Shown here one piece after another: positions 19,659-29,206 of a DNA stretch of 64,000 nucleotides (position 1 is its first letter; each line of letters opens with the position of its first letter). A program made the translations under genes and the position numbers. This DNA is from Candidatus Parcubacteria bacterium. GTDB lineage: Bacteria > Patescibacteriota > Minisyncoccia > UBA6257 > 2-01-FULL-56-20. The notes under the pieces were generated by a model, which worked only from the letters and a program-made list of their open reading frames with translations, had not been told where the DNA came from and ran no database searches. Location: NCBI GenBank assembly GCA_027450205.1, contig DAIDJL010000004.1:139932-203931 (forward strand), in the 5' to 3' direction.

Positions 19659-20555
19659 TTATTTCATAAGTGCTTCCAGTTGCAGGCGCGGATTGAGGCT
19701 GAAATTATTCACGCCCTCGTATAATTTCAATGTTTTGTGCCAAAAAGCCGATTTTGCTTTTGATGGCGTTTCCCATGCCAATGTCATTATAACCGCATCA
19801 AGAAAGGTCCGTAAACTGAAATCGTCCGGGTCTATGAGCTTTTTTATGAAGTCGCGCCGGCCGGCCGGCGCGGTCTTAAGGAACGCCTCCGCAAGTTCCA
19901 AGTTCTTTTGGAATGCCTTGTCATGAAGGATCCGCCATGCAATGCCCGGCTTTCCGAGCGAGCGTTTTGCCAAAGCCGTTGCTTTTGCCCTGGTAAGGCC
20001 TTCGGTTTCCACAAGCCACGTTTCTATGGCTGCTTGCGTTGCCGCCCCAAAATAGATCTTCGGCAAGCGTGAAACGATCGTCGGCAAAATGCTTTCAATG
20101 TCAGATGTGACCAGAATAAGAAGCGACGATGCCGGAGGTTCTTCGGTGATCTTAAGCAATGCATTCTGCGCTTCGATGGTGAGCAACTCGGCGTTGTCGA
20201 TGATAAGCGTGCGCCGCGGGCTCGCGTTTGGCCGCTGCCACAGGAAGTTCTTCACCTCACGCGTGGCGTCTATACCGATCGAATCGCCACTCGCATCCGG
20301 GTCGAGCATTTTCATGAACGCAAGATCGATGATCTTCATGTCTTGCAGAACCTCTTGATCGCCATCCTCGCGGTTCGGTTTGTCGTTGCGGGCCGGTTCA
20401 TAGACTCCTTTTTCAAGATAATGCCCCAGCCCAGCGGCAACGGTTCGTTTTCCTACCATCGCCGGTCCAACAAAAATATAACCGTGCCCCAGCGCACTGC
20501 GGGTAATAAGGCCTTTCAGATCGCTAATGATCGCTTCGTGTCCTATGATAGGCAT
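19659..20555 (-). CDS. holB: DNA polymerase III delta' subunit
   Basis: IIGHE, HGYIFVGPAMVGK, AQNALLKITEEPP, LPTIVSR. Confidence 0.88.
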   Translation of the reverse strand: MPIIGHEAIISDLKGLITRSALGHGYIFVGPAMVGKRTVAAGLGHYLEKGVYEPARNDKPNREDGDQEVLQDMKIIDLAFMKMLDPDASGDSIGIDATREVKNFLWQRPNASPRRTLIIDNAELLTIEAQNALLKITEEPPASSLLILVTSDIESILPTIVSRLPKIYFGAATQAAIETWLVETEGLTRAKATALAKRSLGKPGIAWRILHDKAFQKNLELAEAFLKTAPAGRRDFIKKLIDPDDFSLRTFLDAVIMTLAWETPSKAKSAFWHKTLKLYEGVNNFSLNPRLQLEALMK

Positions 20556-20573
20556 CGAACGCGTAGTATGTTC

Positions 20574-21581
20574 TTATCTTTTATTCAGCAATGTCCGCTT
20601 ATACGTGTCCAAATGGTTCAAAATAAGGCCTGTCCCCTTGGCCACGCAGAACAGCGGATCCTCCGCCACGTACGCCTGCACTCCAAGGAAACGTTCAAAG
20701 AACTCCGGAAGGTGGTGGAGCTGGACGCTGCCGCCGCTCAGAATGATCCCCTTCTCCATAATGTCCGCCACGAGCTCCGGCGGGGTTACGTTGAAAACGT
20801 TCTGGACGCTGCTCGCGATCTCTATCAGCAACGGATTGAGTGCCTCCGCGATCTCATTGGAGTTGATAACGACATCCTTCGGCAAGCCGGTCACGAGGTC
20901 GCGTCCGCGCACCTGATATTCCATCTTTTCCTTGGTAGGCATCGCCGAACCAATCTCGATCTTGACCTGTTCCGCGGTCTGCTCGCCGATCGCGAGTGCG
21001 TATTTCTTTTTAATATAATCCATGATCGCCTGGTCAAACTTGTTTCCGGCGATGCGAAGCGAGTTCCATGAGACGATGTTGCCGAGCGCGATCACCGCCT
21101 GCTCGGACGTTCCGCCGCCGATGTTGATGATCATGTTCCCGCTGCGCGCATTGATCGGAATGCCGGCGCCAAGTGCGGCGAGGATCGGCTCGCGGACAAT
21201 GAATGCGTTGCCCGCACCCGCTTCACGCGCTGCGTTCATCACGGCGCGGCGTTCAGTCTGCGTAATGCCCGCCGGAACGGAAATCACGACATCGGGCTTC
21301 AGTATATTGAACCAACCCGACGCCTTTGAGATAAAGTACGTGAGCATGGCCTTCGTAATATAGTAATCCGCGATCACGCCGTCCTTGAGCGGGCGGTATG
21401 CCACGATCTCGTCCGGGGTGCGGCCGATCATTTCCTTTGCTTCCGCGCCTACCGCGAGCACGGTATTATCGGGTTGCATAAGCGCCACAATTGTGGGCTC
21501 GTTAATGATAAATCCCTTGCCGGGCACAAAAACAACGGTGTTAGCCGTGCCCAAATCAATGCCGATCTTCTTGCCAAACAT
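20574..21581 (-). CDS. mreB: Rod shape-determining protein MreB
   Basis: IGIDLGTANT, RPLKDGVI, NIGGGTSE, GIILSGG. Confidence 0.95.
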   Translation of the reverse strand: MFGKKIGIDLGTANTVVFVPGKGFIINEPTIVALMQPDNTVLAVGAEAKEMIGRTPDEIVAYRPLKDGVIADYYITKAMLTYFISKASGWFNILKPDVVISVPAGITQTERRAVMNAAREAGAGNAFIVREPILAALGAGIPINARSGNMIINIGGGTSEQAVIALGNIVSWNSLRIAGNKFDQAIMDYIKKKYALAIGEQTAEQVKIEIGSAMPTKEKMEYQVRGRDLVTGLPKDVVINSNEIAEALNPLLIEIASSVQNVFNVTPPELVADIMEKGIILSGGSVQLHHLPEFFERFLGVQAYVAEDPLFCVAKGTGLILNHLDTYKRTLLNKR

Positions 21582-21665
21582 AAGAGGGATTATAGCTGAA
21601 ATCATTAAAAAATACAAAAGAAATGGCCCGCCTTTGAAAGCGGGCCCTGATTTTAGTGGTGATTT

Positions 21666-21953
21666 TCAAAAATCAAAATCGTCTCGACCATCCACATACA
21701 TAAATGTGTATACCATATGGCCCATTCCTCGGAATATTACAGCCCAAGCAATAACGGCCAAGATTCCCGGGGGGCCTAGTTTGGCGACGGCCACGATAGT
21801 GGTCCAGATGATAGATCCTGCAAAGAGAAAGTTCAGTATCGCCATGAACGACTCGCTTGTATCATCGGAACACGGAATCAGCAGAGAGATTGCCAGCATC
21901 AACGCCGAGATCCCACCACTAACAAAGAACCAATGCCTGAAGCTTTCAACCAT
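21666..21953 (-). CDS. Orphan 3-TM small membrane protein
   Basis: AGGAGG SD, hydrophobic helices, downstream hairpin GGCCCGC/GCGGGCC. Confidence 0.65.
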   Translation of the reverse strand: MVESFRHWFFVSGGISALMLAISLLIPCSDDTSESFMAILNFLFAGSIIWTTIVAVAKLGPPGILAVIAWAVIFRGMGHMVYTFMYVDGRDDFDF

Positions 21954-22015
21954 ACTAACCTCCTAACTATTTCAGCTAACCGATTAACGCCAGTATCATA
22001 AATTATATTAAATTT

Positions 22016-23329
22016 TTATACAACCCGCGTGATATCGGCGCCCAGCTGTCGCAGCCGCTCGTCAATCCGCTCGTATCCCCTGTCGATCTCTTCCACGCCA
22101 TCCACTTCGGAGACGCCGCTCGCGACGAGCGCGGCGAGGATATCCACCATGCCGGAGCGGAGATCGCGTACGGTGAGATTCTTGCTTGAGAGCGGCGTGG
22201 GGCCTTCGATTGTGGCAAAGTGATAGTGGCTTTTGCCGTTAAGGCGGCATGGGTCGTCCGGCGGACAGTCGATCGCCACCTTTATTTTTGCGCCCATCTC
22301 GTTGAGGTCAAGCGCATACGCGAAACGGTCCTCGTAGATCGTCTCGTGGATGGTGCTCGTGCCGCGCGCTTGCGTGAGCAGCACCGCGAGCGGCTGCTGC
22401 CAGTCGGTCATGAATCCCGGATGGACGTCGGTATGGATGTGGAGCGGGTGAAGTCCGCCGCCGCCCCGGGCGACGCTGCGCGAGAATGCGATGCCGTCGT
22501 CCGTTACCTCATATTCCCCGCCCATACGCCGCACGGCATTCAAAAATGTGATGAGGTGTTCCTGATTCGCACCGTTCAGCATGATCCGTCCGTTCGTGGC
22601 GATCGCGAGGCATGCCATGGATACCGCTTCATTGCGGTCGGGCGGCGTGCGATGGGTCACGCCGTGAAGATGTTCTACGCCTTCTATCATGATCGTTCTT
22701 GGCGGCGAGAGCTCCACGATCGCACCCATTTTCTGGAGCATCTTCATGAGCTCTATGATTTCCGGCTCGAGGGCGGCATTCTTGATGACCGTCTTGCCCT
22801 TGGCAAGCACTGCCGCGAGCATGATGTTCTCCGTAGCGCCGACACTCGGGAATCGCAGCTCGATTTCCGCGCCACACAGGCCGTCCTTCGCCCATGCGTG
22901 ATAACTGTCTTTTGTTATCTGGATCTGCGCGCCGAGCTTTGCCAGTCCTTCCAGATGGATGTCCACCGGGCGCGGCCCGATCTTATCGCCGCCGAGCACG
23001 GGCACCTCAGCCTCGCCGGTGCGCGCCAAGAGCGGTCCGAGTGCGAGGATCGGGATACGGTTGCGGCGCGTGAGCATCGTCACGCGGTTGTTTGCGATCG
23101 TCGGCGTTGCGACCTTCACGACATCGCCGGCTTTGTCGATCGCCGACCCGATGTTCTTTAAGAATTCAAAAATGATATCCAACTCTCCGATCGTCGGGAC
23201 GTTTTCCAGGATGCACGGTTCGTCAGTGAGCAGTGATGCCACCATCATCTTGGAGGCAGCATTCTTGGCTCCCGCGATCGTGATCTCACCGAACAGCGGT
23301 TTGCCGCCTTTAACGATAAATTTTGCCAT
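22016..23329 (-). CDS. murA: UDP-N-acetylglucosamine 1-carboxyvinyltransferase (Asp at the Cys115 position)
   Basis: GAKNA, GGDKIGPRP, SVGATEN, HPGFMTD, DRGYE. Confidence 0.95.
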   Translation of the reverse strand: MAKFIVKGGKPLFGEITIAGAKNAASKMMVASLLTDEPCILENVPTIGELDIIFEFLKNIGSAIDKAGDVVKVATPTIANNRVTMLTRRNRIPILALGPLLARTGEAEVPVLGGDKIGPRPVDIHLEGLAKLGAQIQITKDSYHAWAKDGLCGAEIELRFPSVGATENIMLAAVLAKGKTVIKNAALEPEIIELMKMLQKMGAIVELSPPRTIMIEGVEHLHGVTHRTPPDRNEAVSMACLAIATNGRIMLNGANQEHLITFLNAVRRMGGEYEVTDDGIAFSRSVARGGGGLHPLHIHTDVHPGFMTDWQQPLAVLLTQARGTSTIHETIYEDRFAYALDLNEMGAKIKVAIDCPPDDPCRLNGKSHYHFATIEGPTPLSSKNLTVRDLRSGMVDILAALVASGVSEVDGVEEIDRGYERIDERLRQLGADITRVV

Positions 23330-24746
23330 GGAGGAACTCGGTCAGCTTGTCCATCGTCACCCGCTCCTGCTTACCGGTATCGCGGTCACGCACCGTCACC
23401 GTATTTTTATTGGCCGCTTCGCCTTCGCCCAGCGTATCAAAATCAACCGTGACGCAGAACGGCGTGCCGATCTCGTCCTGCGCATAGTAGCGCTTACCGA
23501 TGTTGCCACGGTCGTCCCAGGCCACCGGGAAGCGTTTTTGCAGGTCCGCATAGATCTCGCGGGCTTTCTCCACGAGCGCCGGCTTATTGGCAAGGAGCGG
23601 GAAGACAGCTGCCTTATAGGGCGCAAGGCGTGGCGGGAGCTTAAGAAATATACGCTCGCCATCTTCGGTGTAGGCGTCGAGCATCACCATCGCCATCAGG
23701 CGGTTCACACCCACCGCCGGTTCGATCACGTGCGGCACAAATTTGCGTCCGGAGGCCGGATCGGTGTACGAAAGGTCTGTGCCGGAATACTTCATATGCT
23801 GGTTGAGGTCGTAATCGGTGCGGTACGCCAGACCCCAGAGCTCCTTGAAGCCGAACGGGAAGTTATATTCAAGGTCCTCGGTGCGCTTACTATAGAAGCT
23901 GCGTTCCTCATCGCCATGCTCGCGCCAGCGGAGCATGTCCGCGCGTACGCCGAGATTTCCGGTGACGAACGTCCACATATCCCCTTTCCACTGCTCGTAT
24001 AATTTCTTCCAGTCGGTCGCTTCCGGATCGAAGAAATATTCTATCTCCGCCTGTTCGAACTCGAGCGTGCGGAAGATAAAATTGCCTTTGGTGATCTCAT
24101 TGCGGAAGCTTTTTCCAAGCTGGCCGACACCGAACGGCAGCCGCACGCGGGTGGAATCCAGAATGTTCTTAAAGCTGATGAAGATCCCCTGCGCCGTCTC
24201 GCCGCGCAGGTAGACCTTTGACTGTGCTTCCGGCACGATGCCGACATGTGTCTCGAACAACAGGTTGAATTTGCGCACCGGCGTCCAGTCGAACTTTCCG
24301 CAGGTGGGACATTTGATCTTCTCCTGCTGGATCACTTCATCCAGCTCCTTTTCCGATTTTCCTTCAACGCTGATCTTTTCACCCTTCGCTTCAAAGTGGT
24401 TCTCGATCAAGTGATCCGCACGGGTGCGCGTATGGCATGCTTTGCATTCCACCATTGCGTCCACCAATCCCGCAACGTGCCCCGATGCTTCCCATGTCTT
24501 CGGGTGGAGAATAATAGAAGAATCGAGACCTACCATGTCGGCGCGTTCGCGCACGAACACGCGCCACCACTCGTCCTGAATGTTTTTCTTCAATTCGACG
24601 CCTGCCGGGCCGTACTCATAGGAGTTCGCCAGTCCGCCGTAGATTTCCGATCCCGGAAAGACGAAACCGCGCCGCTTGGCGAGCGATACGATCTTTTCCA
24701 TGAGTCCCGATTCTGAAGGGTTTTTTGCCGCTTCTCTTTTTTTCAT
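23310..24746 (-). CDS. glyQS: Glycine--tRNA ligase, homodimeric (alpha2) type
   Basis: KRRGFVFPGSEIYGG, LRGETAQG, FRNEI, HVIEPAVG, DEIGTPF; overlaps murA by 20 nt. Confidence 0.96.
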   Translation of the reverse strand: MKKREAAKNPSESGLMEKIVSLAKRRGFVFPGSEIYGGLANSYEYGPAGVELKKNIQDEWWRVFVRERADMVGLDSSIILHPKTWEASGHVAGLVDAMVECKACHTRTRADHLIENHFEAKGEKISVEGKSEKELDEVIQQEKIKCPTCGKFDWTPVRKFNLLFETHVGIVPEAQSKVYLRGETAQGIFISFKNILDSTRVRLPFGVGQLGKSFRNEITKGNFIFRTLEFEQAEIEYFFDPEATDWKKLYEQWKGDMWTFVTGNLGVRADMLRWREHGDEERSFYSKRTEDLEYNFPFGFKELWGLAYRTDYDLNQHMKYSGTDLSYTDPASGRKFVPHVIEPAVGVNRLMAMVMLDAYTEDGERIFLKLPPRLAPYKAAVFPLLANKPALVEKAREIYADLQKRFPVAWDDRGNIGKRYYAQDEIGTPFCVTVDFDTLGEGEAANKNTVTVRDRDTGKQERVTMDKLTEFLHGKIYR

Positions 24747-24758
24747 ATTTTTAATGAA

Positions 24759-26714
24759 TTATTGCGTCACCTCGCCATTCTGATTTTTAGCAAATGGATC
24801 GTCCGGCAGCTGCGTAGTAATCGCGTTAGTCGATTGCGATATTGCCGTGCCAGTGTAGGCATCCGTGGCGGTGAGCGTTGCGGGACCCATCAGAGTGATC
24901 TGTTGACCGACCTGATTGACCGCCGGCGTGTTCGTCACCTGGAACACGGCTGTGACCGGGGCGCTGATCACGCCCGCAGTTGCCGGAATATATGGGATGG
25001 TCCACGTGACCTCACCGGTCCCCGCGTTATAGGTAGGCAACGTGGTTGATGTGAGGCCGGTGCTCGTGGCAACACCGGTGAACGTGGTACCGGACTGCAG
25101 GTACGCCGATATCGTAACATTTTGCATGTCGGTGGAGTAGTTCACGAGGCTCCAATGGATTGTGTATGTGGTTGGCTGGTCAACTTTTGGCGGATAGGGG
25201 CCGGTATTTTTTATGCCCACGGCGGTCTCTTTATAGAAGGCATCCGATGTGAGCGCGATTTCGCCGCCCACTTTGCTGGTGAGCGAGGCGACGGAAACGG
25301 TGTCTGTGCCGGCGGTGTTTGGCGGTACGGTCGGCGACTGCGCTTTTGCGAAGACGTTCAGGGAATAATCCTTGTCGCTCGGCAGCTTTATCGGAAACGA
25401 TGATTTTGTATTGATGGTAAAATCCACCGACCCCGACTGCCCGGGCGGGATCGCCGCGAGCGCCGGAGCATTCGCCGTGTTCCACGTAATGGTGTTGGAT
25501 TGCGAATTGAACGAACCGTTCGTTTTGAGCGATTTGAAATCGTACATTCGTCCGACGAGTGCCGCAGAAATGTTCACCGCCTGGAACGTCACATCGGAAT
25601 CATTCGTATAGGTCAATGTGTAGTCAAGGTTGTCTCCCAATCCGGCAACGTATGTGGATGAGTTATTCAGTGCGATCGTGAACGAGAGCGGCGACGGGGT
25701 GATCGCAAAGTTCACCGGCGCGATGTTCGCGGGATAGTTTTGCCCGCCGAAATTTGCGCCGATCACGCCGGTCAGCTGATATTGCGCGCGCGCCGGTCCC
25801 ACGATGTTGCCCGTGACGACGATCGTGCCGGTCGCATTCGCCGGAAGATCACCAAGGTTCCATGTTTTTGTTTTAAGAGTGCCGAGATCCCATATTGTTT
25901 CCGCCGGAGCGGTGCCGCTTACCGAAATGAACGTGTATGCCGGCGGGTATTGCAGTTGCAGGTCAACGCCCTGCATATTTTCACCCGTATTGTTCTGATA
26001 ATTCATTGCGATATCAAAATTCTGCCCGCTGAAGATGTTGGAAGGTACGGTATAGGACACCGTGAGCGCTGCCTGCGTGCCGACAGCAAGCGATGTGTTT
26101 GCGGTGTTGGTGAACTGCGTATCGGGCGAAGCCGCGGTGCTGTACGTAAGGACGGCGTTCGCGGTTTGCGATGTCCCCGGATCCCCCGTCGCGATCAATT
26201 CTATCGTTTGCGGCGGATTGATCGTTTGCGAACTGAGTGTTCCTATCGGGATCATGAGCGCGCGCTGGCCGGGCGTGGTCCCGGTCGCCACAAACGATAT
26301 TCCCGTCGGAAGCGTCAGGGTTAATTGCGTGTTTCGCAGGGCGCTCTTTGATTGGTTGGAGACGGTGACGGTCAGTGGGAATGGCTCTCCCAATACGATC
26401 GTACCGGGATCGGAAAATGTTATGGCGATGTTCGGCGTTGAGGGCGGAAGCAATAAGTAATAAATGAATGCCGCAAGGCCGATTGCCAGAAAAATTCCTA
26501 TGGTAAAGAAGAGGAGGCTATGGCGCTTAAAGAACGACGGCTGTGCGGGCGGTTTATTCCCGGATTTTTCACCCGGCGGGGGCGTGCCGCCCGGCAGTGG
26601 ATCCTGGGCGTCTTGCGGACGCTGTGCGGTATATGAGGTTTTGTCCCCCGGCGGCGTGTAAGCGTATTTCTTTTCTTTGCTCCCCCACACCGAATTCGGA
26701 TTATAATCGGGCAT
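24759..26714 (-). CDS. Large membrane-anchored surface protein with tandem Ig-like (DUF11-like) domains
   Basis: TM near residue 70; repeated beta-rich units (YTLTYTN, WNLGDL, GPYPPKV, YTIHW). Confidence 0.85.
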   Translation of the reverse strand: MPDYNPNSVWGSKEKKYAYTPPGDKTSYTAQRPQDAQDPLPGGTPPPGEKSGNKPPAQPSFFKRHSLLFFTIGIFLAIGLAAFIYYLLLPPSTPNIAITFSDPGTIVLGEPFPLTVTVSNQSKSALRNTQLTLTLPTGISFVATGTTPGQRALMIPIGTLSSQTINPPQTIELIATGDPGTSQTANAVLTYSTAASPDTQFTNTANTSLAVGTQAALTVSYTVPSNIFSGQNFDIAMNYQNNTGENMQGVDLQLQYPPAYTFISVSGTAPAETIWDLGTLKTKTWNLGDLPANATGTIVVTGNIVGPARAQYQLTGVIGANFGGQNYPANIAPVNFAITPSPLSFTIALNNSSTYVAGLGDNLDYTLTYTNDSDVTFQAVNISAALVGRMYDFKSLKTNGSFNSQSNTITWNTANAPALAAIPPGQSGSVDFTINTKSSFPIKLPSDKDYSLNVFAKAQSPTVPPNTAGTDTVSVASLTSKVGGEIALTSDAFYKETAVGIKNTGPYPPKVDQPTTYTIHWSLVNYSTDMQNVTISAYLQSGTTFTGVATSTGLTSTTLPTYNAGTGEVTWTIPYIPATAGVISAPVTAVFQVTNTPAVNQVGQQITLMGPATLTATDAYTGTAISQSTNAITTQLPDDPFAKNQNGEVTQ

Positions 26715-27204
26715 CTATTGATATTACCGCATCCCGCCGCGCTTTTGAAGCGTGCGCGTGGCAATAGAATTCCTGGGTGGTGGTGTAAAAATAACGCGGC
26801 TGTCTTTCGCCGCACGCGGCGCATTCGGCGTGTTCCGGATCCCATCCCAGTATGCCAAGTGATGTGGTCCAGTTGAACGTACTGCCGGTGAGCAGTTCCC
26901 AAAGCGCCGGCTCCGGCTCCGCTTCGGGGATAAGCTGGCTCAGGAGGTGCAGGTCATTCAGTGCGACCTCTATTCGTGCAGATTTAAGCGCATCAATAAG
27001 CTGTATTCCTTTTGCTTCCACGAAACGTATCTTAGAGAGGATCCCAGGCTCAAGGTGCGGCGCGAGCTTGGACGTGATCTTGCGTGAACTGGTAGCGCGT
27101 CCTACGACCTTGCCAAATTGTTTTGTGAACAGCGTGTAGCGGCCATTAAGGTCGCCCGATGGATCCTTCCTGAGCACAATGGCATCGGCCACATATTCCT
27201 GCAT
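26701..27204 (-). CDS. recO: DNA repair protein RecO (short form)
   Basis: AIVLRK, LFTKQFGK, SKLAPHLEP, C-terminal CxxC...CxxH. Confidence 0.85.
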   Translation of the reverse strand: MQEYVADAIVLRKDPSGDLNGRYTLFTKQFGKVVGRATSSRKITSKLAPHLEPGILSKIRFVEAKGIQLIDALKSARIEVALNDLHLLSQLIPEAEPEPALWELLTGSTFNWTTSLGILGWDPEHAECAACGERQPRYFYTTTQEFYCHAHASKARRDAVISIDARL

Positions 27205-27240
27205 GCGCTCATTATAGGAAAATCGGGCCATATCCGATAC

Positions 27241-27268
27241 TTGACAAGTATATATTCTATGATACAAT
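27241..27268 (+). promoter_or_regulatory. Near-consensus sigma70 promoter
   Basis: TTGACA-16 nt-TACAAT with extended -10 TG. Confidence 0.7.
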
Positions 27269-27298
27269 ATCCGAGTAGGTATCCTGGGAGGATAAAAT

Positions 27299-27451
27299 AT
27301 GGATCAGCTCCTTGTCGTTGTAAATAACTTCATTGCTCAGGTTCCCCGGCCGCTAGGGATCATGGCGCTCCCGTTGGGCATTTTATTGCTTTTCAAGCTC
27401 AACGAAGCTCGCGCCTTCAAAAAGGCGCGGGTGCCGCGCAGAAGGTTTTAA
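27299..27451 (+). CDS. Orphan 50-aa membrane peptide (not in ORF track): MDQLLVVVNNFIAQVPRPLGIMALPLGILLLFKLNEARAFKKARVPRRRF
   Basis: GGGAGG SD, own promoter and terminator; hydrophobic core with basic tail. Confidence 0.7.
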   Translation: MDQLLVVVNNFIAQVPRPLGIMALPLGILLLFKLNEARAFKKARVPRRRF

Positions 27452-27474
27452 GCCGCCAAACGACCTCACAACAG

Positions 27475-27510
27475 AAAAGACCTCGTGTCTTGCTGGTGCG
27501 AGGTCTTTTT
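27475..27510 (+). terminator. Rho-independent terminator
   Basis: AAAAGACCTCG/CGAGGTCTTTT inverted repeat. Confidence 0.75.
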
Positions 27511-27549
27511 TAATATATCAATTCGTTGTTGTATACTTCTATTGTAAAT

Positions 27550-27894
27550 ATGAAATTATCCGTAAAAAGAGTATATGACCCATATGCAAAAACCGACGGG
27601 TTTCGTGTGCTTGTGGATCGTCTCTGGCCCAGGGGCGTTACGAAAGCCGCGGCAAAAATAGATCTATGGGATAAGCAAATTCCGCCGTCATCTGAACTTC
27701 GCTCATGGTTTCATGTTAATAGGGAAAAGCGATTTAACAGTTTTATAAATAAATATGATCGCGAACTCAGCAGAGGAAAGGCGGTGGCAAACTTAAAAAA
27801 AATACTTCGCGGCAAGAAAACGGTGACAATCGTCACGGCGGCAAAGGATATTGAGCATTCTCATATCCCTGTGTTATTTAAACACTTGCGTTAA
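27550..27894 (+). CDS. DUF488 (YeaO-like) family protein
   Basis: VKRVYD, DGFRVLVDRLWPRGV, PSSELRSWF. Confidence 0.92.
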   Translation: MKLSVKRVYDPYAKTDGFRVLVDRLWPRGVTKAAAKIDLWDKQIPPSSELRSWFHVNREKRFNSFINKYDRELSRGKAVANLKKILRGKKTVTIVTAAKDIEHSHIPVLFKHLR

Positions 27895-27975
27895 CCGTTC
27901 CATCGGTGTGGAGGATGGGATGATATTGATAAATGCATAAAAAAGCTTTATATTAAGATCCAGAGGAGAAAAACC

Positions 27976-28074
27976 ATGTCTCTAACATCTCGGCAGAGGC
28001 TTTTGCTGGTGACCTTGGTCCTTGCCCTCATTTCAATCCTATTTCGGATGATTTCCCCTCATGCCGCCCCTTAA
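27976..28074 (+). CDS. Orphan 32-aa hydrophobic peptide (not in ORF track): MSLTSRQRLLLVTLVLALISILFRMISPHAAP
   Basis: GAGGAG SD, TTGATA-17-TATATT promoter, hairpin over the stop. Confidence 0.6.
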   Translation: MSLTSRQRLLLVTLVLALISILFRMISPHAAP

Positions 28075-28086
28075 AAAGGGCGGTTT

Positions 28087-28126
28087 AACTTTGTGCGGGG
28101 TATCGGACCAGGTTCGAACCTATTTC
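28087..28126 (+). repeat. Arm repeat B1 (att-like)
   Basis: AACTTTGTGCGGGGTATCGGACCAGGTTCGAACCTATTTC; 36/40 identical to B3; abuts SET stop codon. Confidence 0.85.
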
Positions 28127-28532
28127 AGTCGTTGAGATAGGGGTCTGTGCTCATTGCGTCAGCCGCATCGAAGGTCCGATAGTTGATCAATATCTCCTCC
28201 CCTGCTTCGATGTCCCGATTTGCAACCCCGCGTGTCTCTGGCTCGCCGTCAAACGGTACTACGTCGAGATTGTTCTTTGTTGATGAATGGTTCATAAAGC
28301 GTGCATCATCAGCGCAATAAATATATTCCCCGCTGTCCGTCGAAAGATAGGCATATCGGACGATGAGGTCTTTCTGTAACTGATCCCATGTCTCGACTTC
28401 TTTTGGATCAAACGAAAGATCAAACCGGGGATCATATTTCCATACACTCGTTCCTTTGGGAATTTTTTCCGTAGCAAACAATCCGAAACCTTCTATGCTA
28501 CTTTGCTTCACAATTGTTTTAACAACAAGCAT
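28125..28532 (-). CDS. SET-domain protein (putative lysine methyltransferase)
   Basis: GFGLFA, ARFMNHS, ANRDIEAGEEILINY. Confidence 0.92.
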   Translation of the reverse strand: MLVVKTIVKQSSIEGFGLFATEKIPKGTSVWKYDPRFDLSFDPKEVETWDQLQKDLIVRYAYLSTDSGEYIYCADDARFMNHSSTKNNLDVVPFDGEPETRGVANRDIEAGEEILINYRTFDAADAMSTDPYLND

Positions 28533-28576
28533 GTCTGTATTATATCAGACTATTAATTTAATGCGTTGAACGGGAT

Positions 28577-28771
28577 TTGTGCGCCGGGCAGGATGGGGCG
28601 GATGGGAATCCGCCCCCGAATTGGTTCGCTCGTCGAAAATGAAAACCCGCCCTTGTCGCTTGCCCGTTTTCATTTTCTCCTCGCTGCCAATTCCCGAACC
28701 CTAAAGGGTTCTTATCCTGCCCACCATACGAGTACTAAAACAGGATGCCAATGGCATCCTGTTTTAGTATG
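28577..28771. repeat. Structured element A1 (tRNA-Tyr 3'-end copy plus multibranched fold plus hairpin)
   Basis: Shares identical blocks of 20, 26 and 65 bp with A2; contains GTGCGCCGGGCAGGAT from the tRNA. Confidence 0.9.
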
Positions 28772-28804
28772 GTGCGGGACAGCGAACCAAATTCGAACCT
28801 ATTT
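28770..28804 (+). repeat. Arm repeat B2 (att-like)
   Basis: TGGTGCGGGACAGCGAACCAAATTCGAACCTATTT; same spacing as B1/B3; abuts ASCH stop codon. Confidence 0.75.
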
Positions 28805-29196
28805 TATAGCCGCTCGACCAGGATAAATTCTTCGCAGATAACCTTAGAATTGTCGTTAAATGAGCCGGAGAAGCCCTTAAAGAACTCTCTATGCTTCTCA
28901 CGCCATGCTTCAACATCTGGATCACCTTCCCCTTCCTTTTGGATAAAATCGTACTCAACCCCTAAAAATGACTTAACTTCGGCAGCAGTGTATTGAATAA
29001 TGCAAAATCGTTTACCGTCGCTGCCGAGGATGGCGGCATATTGCCCCTTCACTGGAATTGTTTTGCCCTCCTGCCACAATCCGGTTGTCGCGGTCTTTTC
29101 CCCGGAAAGCACGAGTTGTTTCAGGTGATCAGCCAATTCTTTATCATCACCGAAGTCCCATTCATATAACTGCATTTTTGACCAATCCTTTTCCAT
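28804..29196 (-). CDS. ASCH-domain protein (YhfF-like)
   Basis: FGD..LAD.L..LVLSGEKTAT, EGEGD...WREKHREFF, VICEEF. Confidence 0.92.
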   Translation of the reverse strand: MEKDWSKMQLYEWDFGDDKELADHLKQLVLSGEKTATTGLWQEGKTIPVKGQYAAILGSDGKRFCIIQYTAAEVKSFLGVEYDFIQKEGEGDPDVEAWREKHREFFKGFSGSFNDNSKVICEEFILVERL

Positions 29197-29206
29197 AATT
29201 TTTCAA

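Noticed and set aside
22959-24002. Long antisense ORFs such as 22959-24002, 22220-23161, 31518-32426, 7368-8186 and 61208-62083
   Set aside because: Shadow frames of well-supported GC-rich genes on the opposite strand.
28566-28826. ORFs 28566-28826 (+) and 30421-30648 (-) as genes
   Set aside because: They are translations of elements A1/A2 and the tRNA end, with no start context.
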